Virus record (IMG/VR): IMGVR_UViG_2617271287_000001
Location: 1-64,000 of that record
DNA from: an uncultured virus (IMG/VR IMGVR_UViG_2617271287_000001)
Lineage: Duplodnaviria > Heunggongvirae > Uroviricota > Caudoviricetes
Strand: one strand, 5' to 3'
Length of the DNA stretch: 64,000 nt
Below the pieces are notes generated by a model that worked only from the letters and a program-made list of their open reading frames with translations, searched no databases and was not told the DNA's origin. Of the stretch, positions 18,748 through 29,923 are shown one piece after another (the stretch's first letter is position 1; each line of letters opens with the position of its first letter). Position numbers and translations under genes: made by a program.

Positions 18748-18770
18748 AGCCCCGCCTGCGCGGGGTTTTT
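18748..18770 (+). terminator. Intrinsic terminator-like hairpin
   Basis: AGCCCCGC-ctgc-GCGGGGTT followed by Ts. Confidence 0.6.
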
Positions 18771-18788
18771 CATTTCTGGAGTATCCAC

Positions 18789-19787
18789 ATGGCTGAAATC
18801 AGCATTTTCGAAGATGAGGCGTTCTCGGTGGAGGCGCTGCTGGCGGTGATCAACACCGATCACCCGGTGCCGGGGCAACTCGCCGCGCTGGGCCTGTTCG
18901 AGGAGCAGGGCGTGTCCTCGCTGGTGGTACAGATCGAAAAGGACGGCACCACGCTGCAACTGGTGGAGGCGAAAGCCCGCGGCGGCGTTGGCCAGGTCGT
19001 GACCGGTGACAAGCGTCAACTGGTCCCCTTCAACACCGTTCACCTGCCGCAGACGTTCCAGATCCTCGCCGATGAAATCCAGGGCATCCGTGCGGTGGGT
19101 AGCCGGACCGAGCTGCAGTCCGCCGAGGCGGTCGTGGCCAAGCGCCTGGAAAAAGCGCGCCGCCAGTTGGACCTGACCCACGAGTATCAGCGCATCGGCG
19201 CCATCAAGGGCAAGATTCTCGATGCCGACGGTTCGACGGTACTGCTGGATATCTACCAGGCCTTCGGACTGAGGAAGCCCAAGCCGCGATCGCTCGAGCT
19301 GGGTAACCCCGAGGGTGATCTGAGCGGCATTCTGGCCGACCTGCTGGACGAGCAGGACGACGCGCTGGGCAACGTCCCCAGCACCGGATCGCGAGCGTTC
19401 TGTGGCAAGAACTTCTGGGCCAAGCTCATCGATCACCCCAAAGTGCGCGGCACTTACCTGAACACCCTGCAGGCGGCGCAACTGCGGGGTGACCGTCGCC
19501 AGTCGTTCGAGTTCGGTGGCGTGGTCTGGGAGCGCTATCGCGGCAAGCATGACGGGGAGCCGTTCGTGGACGATGGCAGTGCCCAACTGGTCCCGGAGGG
19601 GGTTCCGGACCTGTTCATCAGCGCCTTTGCGCCGGCGGACTACATGGAGGTCGTCAACACCGAAGGCCTGCCGTACTACGCCAAGCTTGAGCGTCTGCCC
19701 TTCGACAAAGGCGTGGCTGGGGAAGCGCAATCGAACCCGCTGCACCTGTGCACCCGCCCGTTGGCGGTGCGCGAACTGACCCTCTGA
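18789..19787 (+). CDS. Major capsid protein (lambda E-like)
   Basis: FAPADY...QSNPLHLCTRP; position and size. Confidence 0.92.
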   Translation: MAEISIFEDEAFSVEALLAVINTDHPVPGQLAALGLFEEQGVSSLVVQIEKDGTTLQLVEAKARGGVGQVVTGDKRQLVPFNTVHLPQTFQILADEIQGIRAVGSRTELQSAEAVVAKRLEKARRQLDLTHEYQRIGAIKGKILDADGSTVLLDIYQAFGLRKPKPRSLELGNPEGDLSGILADLLDEQDDALGNVPSTGSRAFCGKNFWAKLIDHPKVRGTYLNTLQAAQLRGDRRQSFEFGGVVWERYRGKHDGEPFVDDGSAQLVPEGVPDLFISAFAPADYMEVVNTEGLPYYAKLERLPFDKGVAGEAQSNPLHLCTRPLAVRELTL

Positions 19788-19789
19788 CC

Positions 19790-20101
19790 GTGGCGGGTTT
19801 CTCTGAACTGGTCGCCGACATGGACGAGATCATCGCCGACGTCCTCGGCGATGGTGAGTTTGGCTACCTGGACCGCTCTGGCCGGCAGGTCGGCAATGCT
19901 GCGGTGATCGTTGAGGAAGGTGTGGAACGCATGGAGGCCGGCGCCCTGGATCGGTACCGCACCATTGCGTGCCGCAAGGCCGTGTTGCAGCCCCTTGATC
20001 GAAAGGGGGCGTTCCTCGATTCCGATGGCCAGGTCTGGCGCATCGACGGCATCCATGCCGACGACGGCGACTGGATCACTTTCTACGTGGTGCCCGAATG
20101 A
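19790..20101 (+). CDS. Head-tail adaptor
   Basis: Synteny after the capsid gene. Confidence 0.65.
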   Translation: MAGFSELVADMDEIIADVLGDGEFGYLDRSGRQVGNAAVIVEEGVERMEAGALDRYRTIACRKAVLQPLDRKGAFLDSDGQVWRIDGIHADDGDWITFYVVPE

Positions 20102-20535
20102 GCGATGTGATCGATGTACAGACCGCGGTCATCGGCCAGTTGCTGGACCTGCTCGCCGCGGTTCCGGTGTTCGGCGATACCGTCCGTGAGGACTGGGTGG
20201 CCGGGGTGCTCGACGCCGAGGACAGCGACGAGCCCGAACGGCTGATCATCCTGCAGGAAGGGGACACCGTGGAACGAGACCGGTCGCCGGGCAGTGTCGT
20301 GGAGGAGTGGACCGTGAACATCGTCCCGATGGCGCGCGGCAGGGACGCCGCCCAGGCGTTGCGCGAGGCGCGCCTGGCGATCAAGCGGGTGCTCAAGGGC
20401 CACAAGGCCGGGCTGACGGTGCCCGGCCTGGTGCGTGTCGATTTTCCGGCATCCGCTGTGCGCCTGCCCGAGCCCGGCCGGCGCTGGGCCTATCGAGCCA
20501 TCCCTCTGCAGGTCAGCTACTCGCAGCAGTTGTAA
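20098..20535 (+). CDS. Tail terminator-like protein
   Basis: Synteny and size. Confidence 0.65.
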   Translation: MSDVIDVQTAVIGQLLDLLAAVPVFGDTVREDWVAGVLDAEDSDEPERLIILQEGDTVERDRSPGSVVEEWTVNIVPMARGRDAAQALREARLAIKRVLKGHKAGLTVPGLVRVDFPASAVRLPEPGRRWAYRAIPLQVSYSQQL

Positions 20536-20585
20536 CCCATCCACCAGGCCGCCTCCGGGCGGCCTCTACATTTCCGGAGGGCTCC

Positions 20586-20786
20586 ATGCCCGAGATCATC
20601 GTTACCAGGCCGTTCAACTACCGCGAGGGGCTCGACGCGACCCACTACCCGGCGTCGAAGGGCGCCATCAGCGTTACCGCCGCCGTAGCTGCCCATGCCC
20701 TGGGCAAGGGCTACGCCACCGAGGCCAAGGCCAAGGCGCCGATTCCGGCAGCTACCGCCGAGCCGACCGGCGGCGACCAGAAGTAA
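20586..20786 (+). CDS. Small phage protein
   Basis: GGAGG RBS; MPEIIVTRPF. Confidence 0.65.
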   Translation: MPEIIVTRPFNYREGLDATHYPASKGAISVTAAVAAHALGKGYATEAKAKAPIPAATAEPTGGDQK

Positions 20787-20813
20787 CCCACCCGAACCCA
20801 TCAGGAGAGCCCC

Positions 20814-21566
20814 ATGCTCCAGACCATCGACCGCTCGTTCATCGGCGAGGGCATCATCCATGCCCGCCTGTACGGATCGCAGGAACCGTTCCTGCCGCTC
20901 GGCAACTGCGACACCTTCAACATCAGCTTCGCCACCGACCGCAAGACGCTGCCCAACTACATGGGAGGTGGCGGCAACAGCAACGTCCGCGAGCGCGTCA
21001 CCGACGTGACGTCCTCCATCGGAATGTTCGACCTGACCGCCGAGAATGTCGCCCTGGTGACGCGCTCCACCATCCAGGTGGCGCCTACCGCCGCGATCAC
21101 CGACGAGGCGCATACCTCTCAGGGGGTTGCGCTGGAGTTGATCCCGTTCAAGTACCTGCCGGACCTGACCAAGCCCGTGACGGTGAAGACCGCGGGGGAC
21201 GTCGAGGTGGCCCCGGGCACGGACTACCTGCTGGTACCCCACGGCATTCAGGTGCTGAGCGGCGGCAAGATCGATGCAACCGGCATCAAGGTCAGCTACA
21301 CGCCGCGCCCGAGCCGGGCGGTGCATATGCTCAACGGCTCGCAGAAGGAGCTGGAGCTGTTCATCGCTGGCCTGAACGACGCGCAGTCGGGCGAGCCGTT
21401 CGCGCTGCGCCCTCGCCGCGTCAAGTTCGGCCTCCTGCAGGAGCTGGCGGTGCTGGGCCAGGAATACGCCAAGCTCATCGGCCCGGCGGAACTGCTCGCA
21501 GATTCGCGCGTGACCGCGACCGACATTTCCAAGTTCTGCCAGATGGATCTCGCGCAGGCGGCCTGA
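20814..21566 (+). CDS. Major tail tube protein
   Basis: AGGAG RBS, 250 aa, precedes the tape measure gene. Confidence 0.8.
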   Translation: MLQTIDRSFIGEGIIHARLYGSQEPFLPLGNCDTFNISFATDRKTLPNYMGGGGNSNVRERVTDVTSSIGMFDLTAENVALVTRSTIQVAPTAAITDEAHTSQGVALELIPFKYLPDLTKPVTVKTAGDVEVAPGTDYLLVPHGIQVLSGGKIDATGIKVSYTPRPSRAVHMLNGSQKELELFIAGLNDAQSGEPFALRPRRVKFGLLQELAVLGQEYAKLIGPAELLADSRVTATDISKFCQMDLAQAA

Positions 21567-21595
21567 CCGCCGTGCCAGGGATGGCCCCATGACCA

Positions 21596-21622
21596 CAGCC
21601 CGCCGTTTGGCGGGCTTTTTTT
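21596..21622 (+). terminator. Intrinsic terminator
   Basis: AGCCCGCC-gttt-GGCGGGCT followed by a T-run. Confidence 0.75.
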
Positions 21623-21636
21623 GCCAGAGGATTGCC

Positions 21637-24600
21637 ATGGCGAACCCAATGCAGCGCCTGATCCAGTTCGTTCTTCGCGGCCGGGACGAACTGTCGCCCG
21701 CCGCCCAGCAGTCGACCGAGGCGCTGGAAGGGCTGCGCACCACAGCGGCGAACCTGAACCGGCAGTTGGACGATGCGAAGGGGGCCCGCGGCCTGGTGAC
21801 CGCGCTCGGAACTACCGAGCGCGCCATTGCGCAGACGCAGACGTCGGTGCAGCGGGTGGACCGTACCATTGCGGACCTGCGCGAGGCGTTGGACCGCAAC
21901 CCCGGGAGCCGGGGCCTGGCCGTGTCCCTGCAGATCGCGGAACGGGACGCAGCGGGTCTGCGTCGGACCCTTGACCAACTGACCGCTCGGCACGCTGAGC
22001 AGCAACGTGCGGCGCGGGCGGCGGGCGTGGATACCGGGCAGCTTGCCAACGAGGAGCGGCGGCTGGCGTCGGTGGTCGACAACACCCGCGAGAGCATCGC
22101 GCAGAACAGCCGTGAGATCCGCGAGCTGGAACGCGCGCAGATGCGAGCGGCGCGGGAGGCTGCTGGCCACACCTCGCGCGTGACGGCGCTGCGCGAGGCC
22201 ATGTCGTCCGGCGTTCGCCAGGCAGCCGCTTACGCCGCAGCCTTCGTCGGCATCCAGGCGGCGCTGAACCTGGTGCGCAGAGGAATCGGCCTGGTGCGTG
22301 ATGGCATCGTCTCGATGCTGACCACCGGCGACCAGTTCGAGAACCTGCAGAACCGGCTTACGTCGCTGATGGGCTCGGTTGCCGAGGGGGAGCGGGCAAC
22401 CGCCTGGATCAAGACCTTTGCCAAGGACACGCCGCTTCAGTTGAGCGACGTCACCGACGCCTTCGCGCTGCTGAAGGCCTACGGCCTGGACCCGATGGAC
22501 GGGTCGCTGAAAGCGATCGAGGACCAGTCGGAGAAGCTGGGTGGCGGCATGGAGCGCCTGGAGGGCATCACGACTGCAGTCGGCCAGGCCTGGGCGAAGC
22601 AGAAGCTGCAGACCGAGGAGATCCTGCAACTGGTCGAGCGTGGCGTGCCGGTGTGGGACATGCTGGCCAAGGTCACCGGCAAGAATGCCGCGCAGCTGCA
22701 GGATCTGGCGAGCAAGGGCAAGCTTGGCCGGGACGTCATCAAGGCGCTGGTCGACGAAATGGGGCGCAGCTCCGAAGGGGCCGCTGCGAAGGCCATGAGC
22801 ACCCTGACCGGTCTGGTCAGCAACCTCGGCGACACTGCGGCCGACTTTCTCAACCGCATTGCCAACGCCGGCGCGCTGGACCACGTCAAGAACAAGCTGA
22901 AGGAACTGGGTGACACCATCGCGCAGATGGACCAGGACGGGCGCCTCGACTCGCTGGCCAAGGGGCTGTCGGATGCCTTCGTCCAGGGCTCGGAATGGGT
23001 CGAGCGCTTCATCAAGCGCCTGGCCGACGTCGATTTCGGCACCCTGATCGACAAGACCTCGGCCTGGCTTAGCAGCTTCAGCACCCAGTTGGACGACATG
23101 GCCTCGCGGGTGCAACTGTTCATCGCGCCGTTCCGGACGTTGTTCAACGGCGTCACCTCGGGCATCAGCGCTATCGCCCTGGCCTGGACCGGCACCATGT
23201 CGCTGATGGTCGCCGGCATCGAGAAGGTGGCGGAGAGGATCCCGGCGGCGCTGGGTGGGGAGCGCATCCGCAGTTCCGTCGCCGGCGTCCACGACTTGCT
23301 CAGCAGCATGAGCGAGGGCTTCCGCCAGCAGATCCAGCAGGACGCGCAGGATATCGCGGATGCCTGGGACACCAGCACCACGGCTACCGCCTCCGCCGCA
23401 CAGCAGCAGAGCCAGGCGATTACCGACACCTTCACCGACCTGAAGGCGGGTGCGAAGAACGCGGCGGCCGAGTCGGTGCAGGCGGTGACCAGCCTGCAGA
23501 ATGCCCTGGACCAGATCAGCGCGGCCAAGACCACCGAGCAACTGACCGCCCTGCAGGGGGAAATGCTCAAGGCCTACCAGGCCGGCACGCTGAGCCAGCA
23601 GGAGTATGCGAACGGCGCCGGTGTCCTCAACGCGAAGCTGACCGAACTGAAGTCGACCGCCAGCGGCGCCGCCCTGGGGGTGTCTGACCTCAGTACCGGC
23701 CTGGAGAACCTGAAGCAGGTCCAGGACGCGATCAGCAGCGCGAAGACCACGGTCGATATCCAGAACATCCGGACGGCGCTGGGCCGGTTGTACAACGACG
23801 GCACGATCAGTGCGCGGGAGTTCAACCAGGAACAGACCAAGCTGTCCGCCAAGGTCAAGGAACTGAAGGCGGCCGGCGAGGAGGGCGCCAAGGGTATGCA
23901 GGCGGTCGCGGAGTCCTCGGACAAGGCGGCCAAATCGCTCTCGGACCAGCGCAAGGCCATCGGCGAATCGATGGAGGCAACCCGCAAGGGAGTAGCGTCG
24001 ACGAAGGACGACATGGGCGCCTTCGAAGGGTTCTTCGGTGGGGTGTTGAGCACCGCGCGGCAGGGCGTTGCGCAGTTGAGCCAGGAAGCGCTGAACGCCT
24101 TCGATGCGATGCGTGGGATCTCCACCGTCGATCTCAGCATCGACACCAGCAGCCTGGACGCCACTTCGCGCTCCCTGGCCAAGGTCAGTGAGCAACTGGC
24201 CCGGATCAAGGCCGAGTCGGGCGTGGGCATGAGCGGTTTCGGCCGCTGGGCGATGGATACCCAGCGAGCCAGCCTGGAGATCCAGGCGGCGTACCTGGAG
24301 CAGAAGCGCAGCCTGCAGAGCCTGATGGACGACTACGAGCGCGGGACCATGAAGCTGGGCGACTTCGTGTCGGCGGCCAAGGGTGCTCGAAACGGTCTCA
24401 GCCTGCTGAACGATTCGGACATGCGGCAACTGGAGAGTGCAATCGAGGCGGCCAATCAGAAGATCCAGCAGCTCAAGGAAGGCTCGAAGTCGACGCTGGT
24501 CAGCCTGCGCGAGGAACTGGCGGGGCTGCGCGGCGAGCAGGAGGCCGTGGATCGCAGCCGGTTCAACAGCCGCAAGGCCGAGTTGCAGCAGCAACTGGCC

Positions 24601-24909
24601 GAGGCCCAGGGCAGCGGCGACATGAACGCGGTGCAGAACCTGATGACGGCGCTGGCCACCCTGCAGCAGATCCAGGCCGAGACGGATGCCAAGCGGCAGA
24701 GAGAGGAGCAGCAGAAGCGGGTGGACGAGCAGAACGCCGCCAAGGCCGCGGCGGCGGCGCCTGCCTCGCCGCCGGCTTCGAGTCCTCCGCCCCGGGTCGT
24801 TCGTTTCGAGACGGCGCGGGGAGCCGTTGACGTGGCGGTGGCCAGCGAACAGGACGAAACCAACCTGCTCGGCGTGCTCGAGCAGGCCAGCATGAGGACC
24901 GGCCGATGA
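21637..24909 (+). CDS. Tail tape measure protein
   Basis: About 1090 aa, Ala-rich helical; FAKDTP...[17 protein letters not shown]. Confidence 0.92.
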   Translation: MANPMQRLIQFVLRGRDELSPAAQQSTEALEGLRTTAANLNRQLDDAKGARGLVTALGTTERAIAQTQTSVQRVDRTIADLREALDRNPGSRGLAVSLQIAERDAAGLRRTLDQLTARHAEQQRAARAAGVDTGQLANEERRLASVVDNTRESIAQNSREIRELERAQMRAAREAAGHTSRVTALREAMSSGVRQAAAYAAAFVGIQAALNLVRRGIGLVRDGIVSMLTTGDQFENLQNRLTSLMGSVAEGERATAWIKTFAKDTPLQLSDVTDAFALLKAYGLDPMDGSLKAIEDQSEKLGGGMERLEGITTAVGQAWAKQKLQTEEILQLVERGVPVWDMLAKVTGKNAAQLQDLASKGKLGRDVIKALVDEMGRSSEGAAAKAMSTLTGLVSNLGDTAADFLNRIANAGALDHVKNKLKELGDTIAQMDQDGRLDSLAKGLSDAFVQGSEWVERFIKRLADVDFGTLIDKTSAWLSSFSTQLDDMASRVQLFIAPFRTLFNGVTSGISAIALAWTGTMSLMVAGIEKVAERIPAALGGERIRSSVAGVHDLLSSMSEGFRQQIQQDAQDIADAWDTSTTATASAAQQQSQAITDTFTDLKAGAKNAAAESVQAVTSLQNALDQISAAKTTEQLTALQGEMLKAYQAGTLSQQEYANGAGVLNAKLTELKSTASGAALGVSDLSTGLENLKQVQDAISSAKTTVDIQNIRTALGRLYNDGTISAREFNQEQTKLSAKVKELKAAGEEGAKGMQAVAESSDKAAKSLSDQRKAIGESMEATRKGVASTKDDMGAFEGFFGGVLSTARQGVAQLSQEALNAFDAMRGISTVDLSIDTSSLDATSRSLAKVSEQLARIKAESGVGMSGFGRWAMDTQRASLEIQAAYLEQKRSLQSLMDDYERGTMKLGDFVSAAKGARNGLSLLNDSDMRQLESAIEAANQKIQQLKEGSKSTLVSLREELAGLRGEQEAVDRSRFNSRKAELQQQLAEAQGSGDMNAVQNLMTALATLQQIQAETDAKRQREEQQKRVDEQNAAKAAAAAPASPPASSPPPRVVRFETARGAVDVAVASEQDETNLLGVLEQASMRTGR

Positions 24910-25316
24910 GGCTCGATGCGGTGGAACTGGGCGACCAGTTCGAATGGGTGGACGAGTTCACCTGGGATGCGGTGGCACAAGAGCAGGAACGCTCCCTGAC
25001 CGGCGCGCTGCTGGTGCAGGAAGGCACCAAGCTGCATGGCCGCCCGATCACACTGCGCTCCGGGGGAGGGGTATGGACGCCGCTGTGGGTCGTGCGCCAA
25101 CTGGAGGTGCTGCGCGACCAGCGCCTGCGGGTCATGCCGCTGGTGCTACCAGACGGCCGCGAATTCTCGGTGATCTTCAACCGCGCCGAAGGGACGCCGC
25201 TGGAAGCCGAACCGCTGTTCCGCGAGGTCAACCCCGGTCCGGACGCCGACTACCTGGTGACGTTGCGACTGCTCACCGTAGCGCCGCCCTCGGCACCGCC
25301 CACCCCCGACCCTTGA
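24906..25316 (+). CDS. Distal tail protein-like
   Basis: Follows the TMP; WVDEF.W...GRPITL. Confidence 0.7.
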   Translation: MRLDAVELGDQFEWVDEFTWDAVAQEQERSLTGALLVQEGTKLHGRPITLRSGGGVWTPLWVVRQLEVLRDQRLRVMPLVLPDGREFSVIFNRAEGTPLEAEPLFREVNPGPDADYLVTLRLLTVAPPSAPPTPDP

Positions 25317-25364
25317 TCCCACACCCCGCCTCGGCGGGGTTTTCTTTTCTGGCTGGAGTGTTCC

Positions 25365-28300
25365 ATGACGATCACCGTCGATGATGTAAAGCTGCTGAAA
25401 TCCCAGCGCCTCACCGATGAGGACGACGGCGGCGGCCGTGCCACCGGGCAGGCCGTGGTGGATCGCGAGATCAACAACCTGTTTCCCGATATCTCGCGCC
25501 TGGACCGGACCATCGGCCGGATCAACCTGCGCAAGGCCTTCGCCGGCATCAGCTCGAACAGCGCCGAGCCGTACCTGGGCGCTCATGCCATCGTCACGCG
25601 GGCGCCGGCCGATCCGCGTGTCTCGGTGCTGCTGTTCAACACCGGTAGCCAGACCGACGAGCGCCGCGACGCGCGCAACGCCATCGAGTCCTTCGTGGTG
25701 CCGGCCGTGTCCGCCTCGTTCGAACTGCTGGGCAACCAGTTGCAGGGCCAGCGCGCCATCGCTTGCGTGCAGCGCGAAGAACAGCGGCTACCCGAGATTG
25801 GCGAGGTCTATCAGTTGGTGTTCGAGTCGCGCTCGCAGTATGTCCGCATCACCGACGTCGAGGCGCGGCTCGAACAGTTCGCCCACGACTACGGCAACGG
25901 CAACTTCGTGAACTTCACCCGGCGCCGGCTGGACCTGTCGATCAGCGCGCCACTGGGCGCGACCTTCCCCGGCGGCCAGGTGACTCCAGGCGGTACCACC
26001 AGCCCGAAAAGCCAGGTGCTCAGCACCCAGGTCGCCGATGCCGCGCGGTACTACGGCATCAGCCCCCTGGCCGAGGCTGTCAGCCGCGGCGCCCTGAGCC
26101 TGCGGGTCAAGTCGGTCTATTCCCAGCTGGTGCCCAGCACCACCCGGGAGAACGCGCTGGTCGACCAACTGGCCGGCTACCAGCGGCGCCTGTTCGCTGC
26201 GGCCGGGCCGGCGCGGACGGTCAACCTGAATGTCGCGAACATAGGCAGCGGCAGGTCGCGGACGTTCCTCGGCACCGGCTGCGCGCCGGGTTCGCTGTCG
26301 CTGAGCGCCGGCGGCGGTGTGTTCGCCGACGACCGCAAGGGAGGCCTGCGCTACATCAGCGGTTCGAACTGGATTGCCAGCGGTACCGTCGACTACGAGA
26401 GCGGCGCAATCGAGATGGCGGCCTCCGGCAGCGGCTGGAGCGGGACAGCGAGCGCCACCTACCAGCCTGCCGCGGCGGCGACGGGCGAAGCGGTGACCGG
26501 GGAGATCCCTATCGAACTGGGCAACCGCGGCTTCGTCTACACCCTGTCGCTGTCCGAAGCGCCGCCCCAGCCGGGCACCCTGGTGGTCTCGTTCCTCGCC
26601 CTGGGCAAATGGCAGGAGATCCGCGACCAGGGCAACGGCGAATTGGCCGGGGAAGGCACCGGCACGGTGGACTTCGCGACCGGCTCGGTATCCATCACCC
26701 TGAGCGCGCTGCCGGACGTGGGGAGTTCGCTGATCTACGCCTACGTCGGGCAGAACGATGCGGCGCTGACCCAGCGCACCGGCACCAGCGTGCAGGCGCG
26801 CGCGCGGATCAACCGGACGTTGCCGCACCAGGGGCTGTTGCCCGGCTCCTACAAGGCGACGTTCAAGGTCGGCGGGGTAGAGCGCACCGTGCTCGATAGC
26901 GGCAACGGCTCGCTCAGCGGTACCGGTGGCAGCGGCCAGATCAACTATGCCGACGGCAAGGTCAGCATGGAATTGAGCGCCACCCCGGATGCCGGGAGTG
27001 GGATCGTGCATACCTACCAGCAGGGCAGCGTGACGGACAGCCCGCTGGCGGTGACCTCCGACAGCACCGGCATGTGCATCGGCACTCTCCCCGGGGCGCC
27101 GCTCAAGGCGGGCAGCGTGCGCCTATCGTGGATCACCAAGCGTCGCCAGGCGGCACCGACCCTCGGTGCTGACATGGGCACCGGGGCGCTGCCGATCTTC
27201 GAATCGGAGATCACCGTGGACAACTCGGTGACCGACGACGCCGCCGGTGGCTGGGCCGGGCGCGCCGGGACGATCAACTACGAGACCGGCGAATTCAGCC
27301 TGAAGGTGGCCGGCAACTACGTGTTCAAGGAGTACACCTACTACACCGACACGGTCGACAACTTCGGCATGAAGAAGCTGCGCCTGGTGGCCACCGATAC
27401 CACGTTGCTGGAGGGGTTCGGCGGCACGCTGAGCGTGCGCGCGCAGAGCCGCGGCGTCGAGTACGGCGAGCAGACCGATTCGCAGACCGTCGCGCCGGTG
27501 ACCCTGGACCTGTTGCCTGGTGTGGCCGAGCCGATCCTGCCGGGCTCGCTGGTGTTCACCTGGGCCGGCGAGGTCTACGTCGACCGCTCCGGTGTGCTCT
27601 ACAAGAACATCAACAGCAGCACCAACGCCGGCATCGCCGTCGGCTCGGTGGACTACGCCGGCCGTACCGCGACGCTGAATACCTATGGCTCGGGGGCGGC
27701 GCCGACGGTCACGCTGCTGGCCTGCCTGACCACCAACGCCGGCTTCAGCGTCACCAGCATGACCTTCCGCACGCCGGGGGCGCCGCTGCGTTCTGCGAGC
27801 CTGCAGGTGACGGCGGTTCGCCTGGATACCGCGCAGATCGTGACCACCACGGCGGACGCGAACGGTAAGCTCAATGGCGCGGTGATCAAGGGTAGCGTCG
27901 ATATCGTGACCGGCATCGTCCGGCTGCGCTTCACCAGCAATCTGGAGGACACCACTGGGGCCAGCGATATCCCGGTGATTCCGCTGCTGCTGCGCTACAA
28001 CGCGGTCGTCTTCACCTCGCTGCCGCTGGACGCCACCCTGCTGGGCCTGGACCCGGTGCGACTGCCGGCGGACGGGCGGGTGCCAGTGTTCCGCGAGGGT
28101 GACGTGATGGTGGTTGCCCATACCGCCGAGACCACGGTGCCGAGTCCTCAAGCTGGCGGCGTGCTGCAGCTCGGCCGCGACCAGCAGGCCGAGATCAAGG
28201 TGGTGGACGCCAACGCGGTGGAACTGGCCTCGGCGGGCTACAGCGTCGACCTAGAACGCGGCCGGGTGACATGGGCCAACCCGCTGGTCCTGCAGGATGC

Positions 28301-28916
28301 CGAGGGCAACCCGCTGACCCTGCCGCTGGTGGTGCGTGACCGGGTTGAGCACATGACCCTCTGCACCGAGGTCCAAGTGAACGGCGAGCTGGGAATCTCC
28401 TCGCCGCTGCCCTGGGATCTGCCGGCGGGCGAAACGCTGGCGTCCAGTGCGCTGAGCTGGGGCGACCTGCAGGCGCGGCTGCACCACTGGTTCACCCAGC
28501 GGACCTGGGATATCGGCTCGCCGAACTGGACCGACGAGCCGAAGGGCGACGGGACCACCGCCAACTACAACAGCCTCGCCTATCCGCCGCTGATCGCCAA
28601 CCGCGGTGCGATCGATGCGAAGTGGGCGCTGGTGTTCAACTCCTCGACCAGTTTCAGCGTGGTGGAGGAGAAGCTGGGGGTCATCGCCAACGGCACTACC
28701 ACCACCGACACGGCGCCGATCAACCCGGAGACGAACACGCCGTACTTCACCATCCGCAAGGAAGGCTGGGGCAGTGGCTGGGCGGCCGGCAACGCGGTGC
28801 GCTTCAACACCGACTCGTGCCTGGGGCCGATGTGGATCGTGCGGACGGTACTCAGCGGCAAGGGCACCGTCGAGGACGATGAATTCCACCTGCAGATCAG
28901 AGGAGACGCGGACTGA
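25365..28916 (+). CDS. Large tail tip/baseplate protein
   Basis: 1183 aa, G/T/S-rich, recurring G.(V/I)(D/N)Y..G motifs. Confidence 0.8.
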   Translation: MTITVDDVKLLKSQRLTDEDDGGGRATGQAVVDREINNLFPDISRLDRTIGRINLRKAFAGISSNSAEPYLGAHAIVTRAPADPRVSVLLFNTGSQTDERRDARNAIESFVVPAVSASFELLGNQLQGQRAIACVQREEQRLPEIGEVYQLVFESRSQYVRITDVEARLEQFAHDYGNGNFVNFTRRRLDLSISAPLGATFPGGQVTPGGTTSPKSQVLSTQVADAARYYGISPLAEAVSRGALSLRVKSVYSQLVPSTTRENALVDQLAGYQRRLFAAAGPARTVNLNVANIGSGRSRTFLGTGCAPGSLSLSAGGGVFADDRKGGLRYISGSNWIASGTVDYESGAIEMAASGSGWSGTASATYQPAAAATGEAVTGEIPIELGNRGFVYTLSLSEAPPQPGTLVVSFLALGKWQEIRDQGNGELAGEGTGTVDFATGSVSITLSALPDVGSSLIYAYVGQNDAALTQRTGTSVQARARINRTLPHQGLLPGSYKATFKVGGVERTVLDSGNGSLSGTGGSGQINYADGKVSMELSATPDAGSGIVHTYQQGSVTDSPLAVTSDSTGMCIGTLPGAPLKAGSVRLSWITKRRQAAPTLGADMGTGALPIFESEITVDNSVTDDAAGGWAGRAGTINYETGEFSLKVAGNYVFKEYTYYTDTVDNFGMKKLRLVATDTTLLEGFGGTLSVRAQSRGVEYGEQTDSQTVAPVTLDLLPGVAEPILPGSLVFTWAGEVYVDRSGVLYKNINSSTNAGIAVGSVDYAGRTATLNTYGSGAAPTVTLLACLTTNAGFSVTSMTFRTPGAPLRSASLQVTAVRLDTAQIVTTTADANGKLNGAVIKGSVDIVTGIVRLRFTSNLEDTTGASDIPVIPLLLRYNAVVFTSLPLDATLLGLDPVRLPADGRVPVFREGDVMVVAHTAETTVPSPQAGGVLQLGRDQQAEIKVVDANAVELASAGYSVDLERGRVTWANPLVLQDAEGNPLTLPLVVRDRVEHMTLCTEVQVNGELGISSPLPWDLPAGETLASSALSWGDLQARLHHWFTQRTWDIGSPNWTDEPKGDGTTANYNSLAYPPLIANRGAIDAKWALVFNSSTSFSVVEEKLGVIANGTTTTDTAPINPETNTPYFTIRKEGWGSGWAAGNAVRFNTDSCLGPMWIVRTVLSGKGTVEDDEFHLQIRGDAD

Positions 28917-29923
28917 TGACCGCTCGACAGTACAGCTATCGGGACGCCGGCGCACCGCCGGCGCTCTTCCCGTCGGCGGTGACGCCGTTCCAGAAGCTCA
29001 AGAGCTACCTGCGCGCGGCGCTGGTCGATGGCTACGGCAACAAGCCACCAGCAGGGTGGACCGTGGTAAGCGAGTTCGACACTGCCATCACCCTGGCTCC
29101 GGCGTCCAACTGTGCACAGATCACGTTCTGCCAGCACTTGCCAAGTAGTAGCGGTAGCAGCTACCGGGACTTCGTCGGGATCTTTGTACATGAGGGCATG
29201 CTGGATATCAGCACTCCGCTTCCAAAGGGGGTCAACACGCGATCACGTACGTGGTCGGCGGATACCAACCCCACCAGCAATGATGCCCATATCCTCTATC
29301 TGGGCTACATGTACTGGAACTACGCCACCTATTGGCAGATCTGCGCGGATGCCGAGACGTTTGTCTTTTGCATGCTGGCGGATAGGGGCTATGAGAATAC
29401 GAGCGAGGACTACAGCCTCGGCCTCTATGTCGGGCAGTACGAGAGCTTTAGTGGCGCCTCTGGCGTCCAGGGATTCATCGCCGTCGGTGGCGCCCAGGGG
29501 TATCAGAGTTCAGCCAGCCGAAGTACCAACCGGTCCTTTGGGAGTGGGTTCAGTTCACTGCGTGACCAGCGCTCGGGGGAGATCATCCAGGGTGGCGGCG
29601 CCGCCCTGGGGGCGCTGATGGACCAGATGCAGTACCAGAGCATGTACTACGACAGGCCAGAGGGAGAGAATCCGCCCTATTGGCGTATGCAGCAGCCCTA
29701 TGTGGCGAACGGCGCGAACTACGTCGGCCTCCTGAAGGGTGTGTGTTTCGACCCGATCCTGGGCCACTACCGGCATGGGCACCTGCTGGATCGGCTCGGC
29801 CTGCCCCTGGCCGCAACCTCGGTGGCGGAGGCGGTGCAGATGGATGGCAAGACCTATTACGTGGATATGGACCGTTGGGGGCTCTGGTTCCTGTCTGTCG
29901 ATCCGGCGTGGTGGCCAGCATGA
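28916..29923 (+). CDS. Tail-associated protein, candidate receptor-binding
   Basis: LVDGYGNKPPAGW N-terminus; Tyr/Ser-rich, lower-GC body. Confidence 0.7.
   Translation: MTARQYSYRDAGAPPALFPSAVTPFQKLKSYLRAALVDGYGNKPPAGWTVVSEFDTAITLAPASNCAQITFCQHLPSSSGSSYRDFVGIFVHEGMLDISTPLPKGVNTRSRTWSADTNPTSNDAHILYLGYMYWNYATYWQICADAETFVFCMLADRGYENTSEDYSLGLYVGQYESFSGASGVQGFIAVGGAQGYQSSASRSTNRSFGSGFSSLRDQRSGEIIQGGGAALGALMDQMQYQSMYYDRPEGENPPYWRMQQPYVANGANYVGLLKGVCFDPILGHYRHGHLLDRLGLPLAATSVAEAVQMDGKTYYVDMDRWGLWFLSVDPAWWPA

Noticed and set aside
21475..24594. 1039-aa minus-strand ORF and similar long antisense ORFs (e.g. 48712-50916, 51133-52881)
   Set aside because: Shadows of high-GC coding genes on the other strand; no motifs
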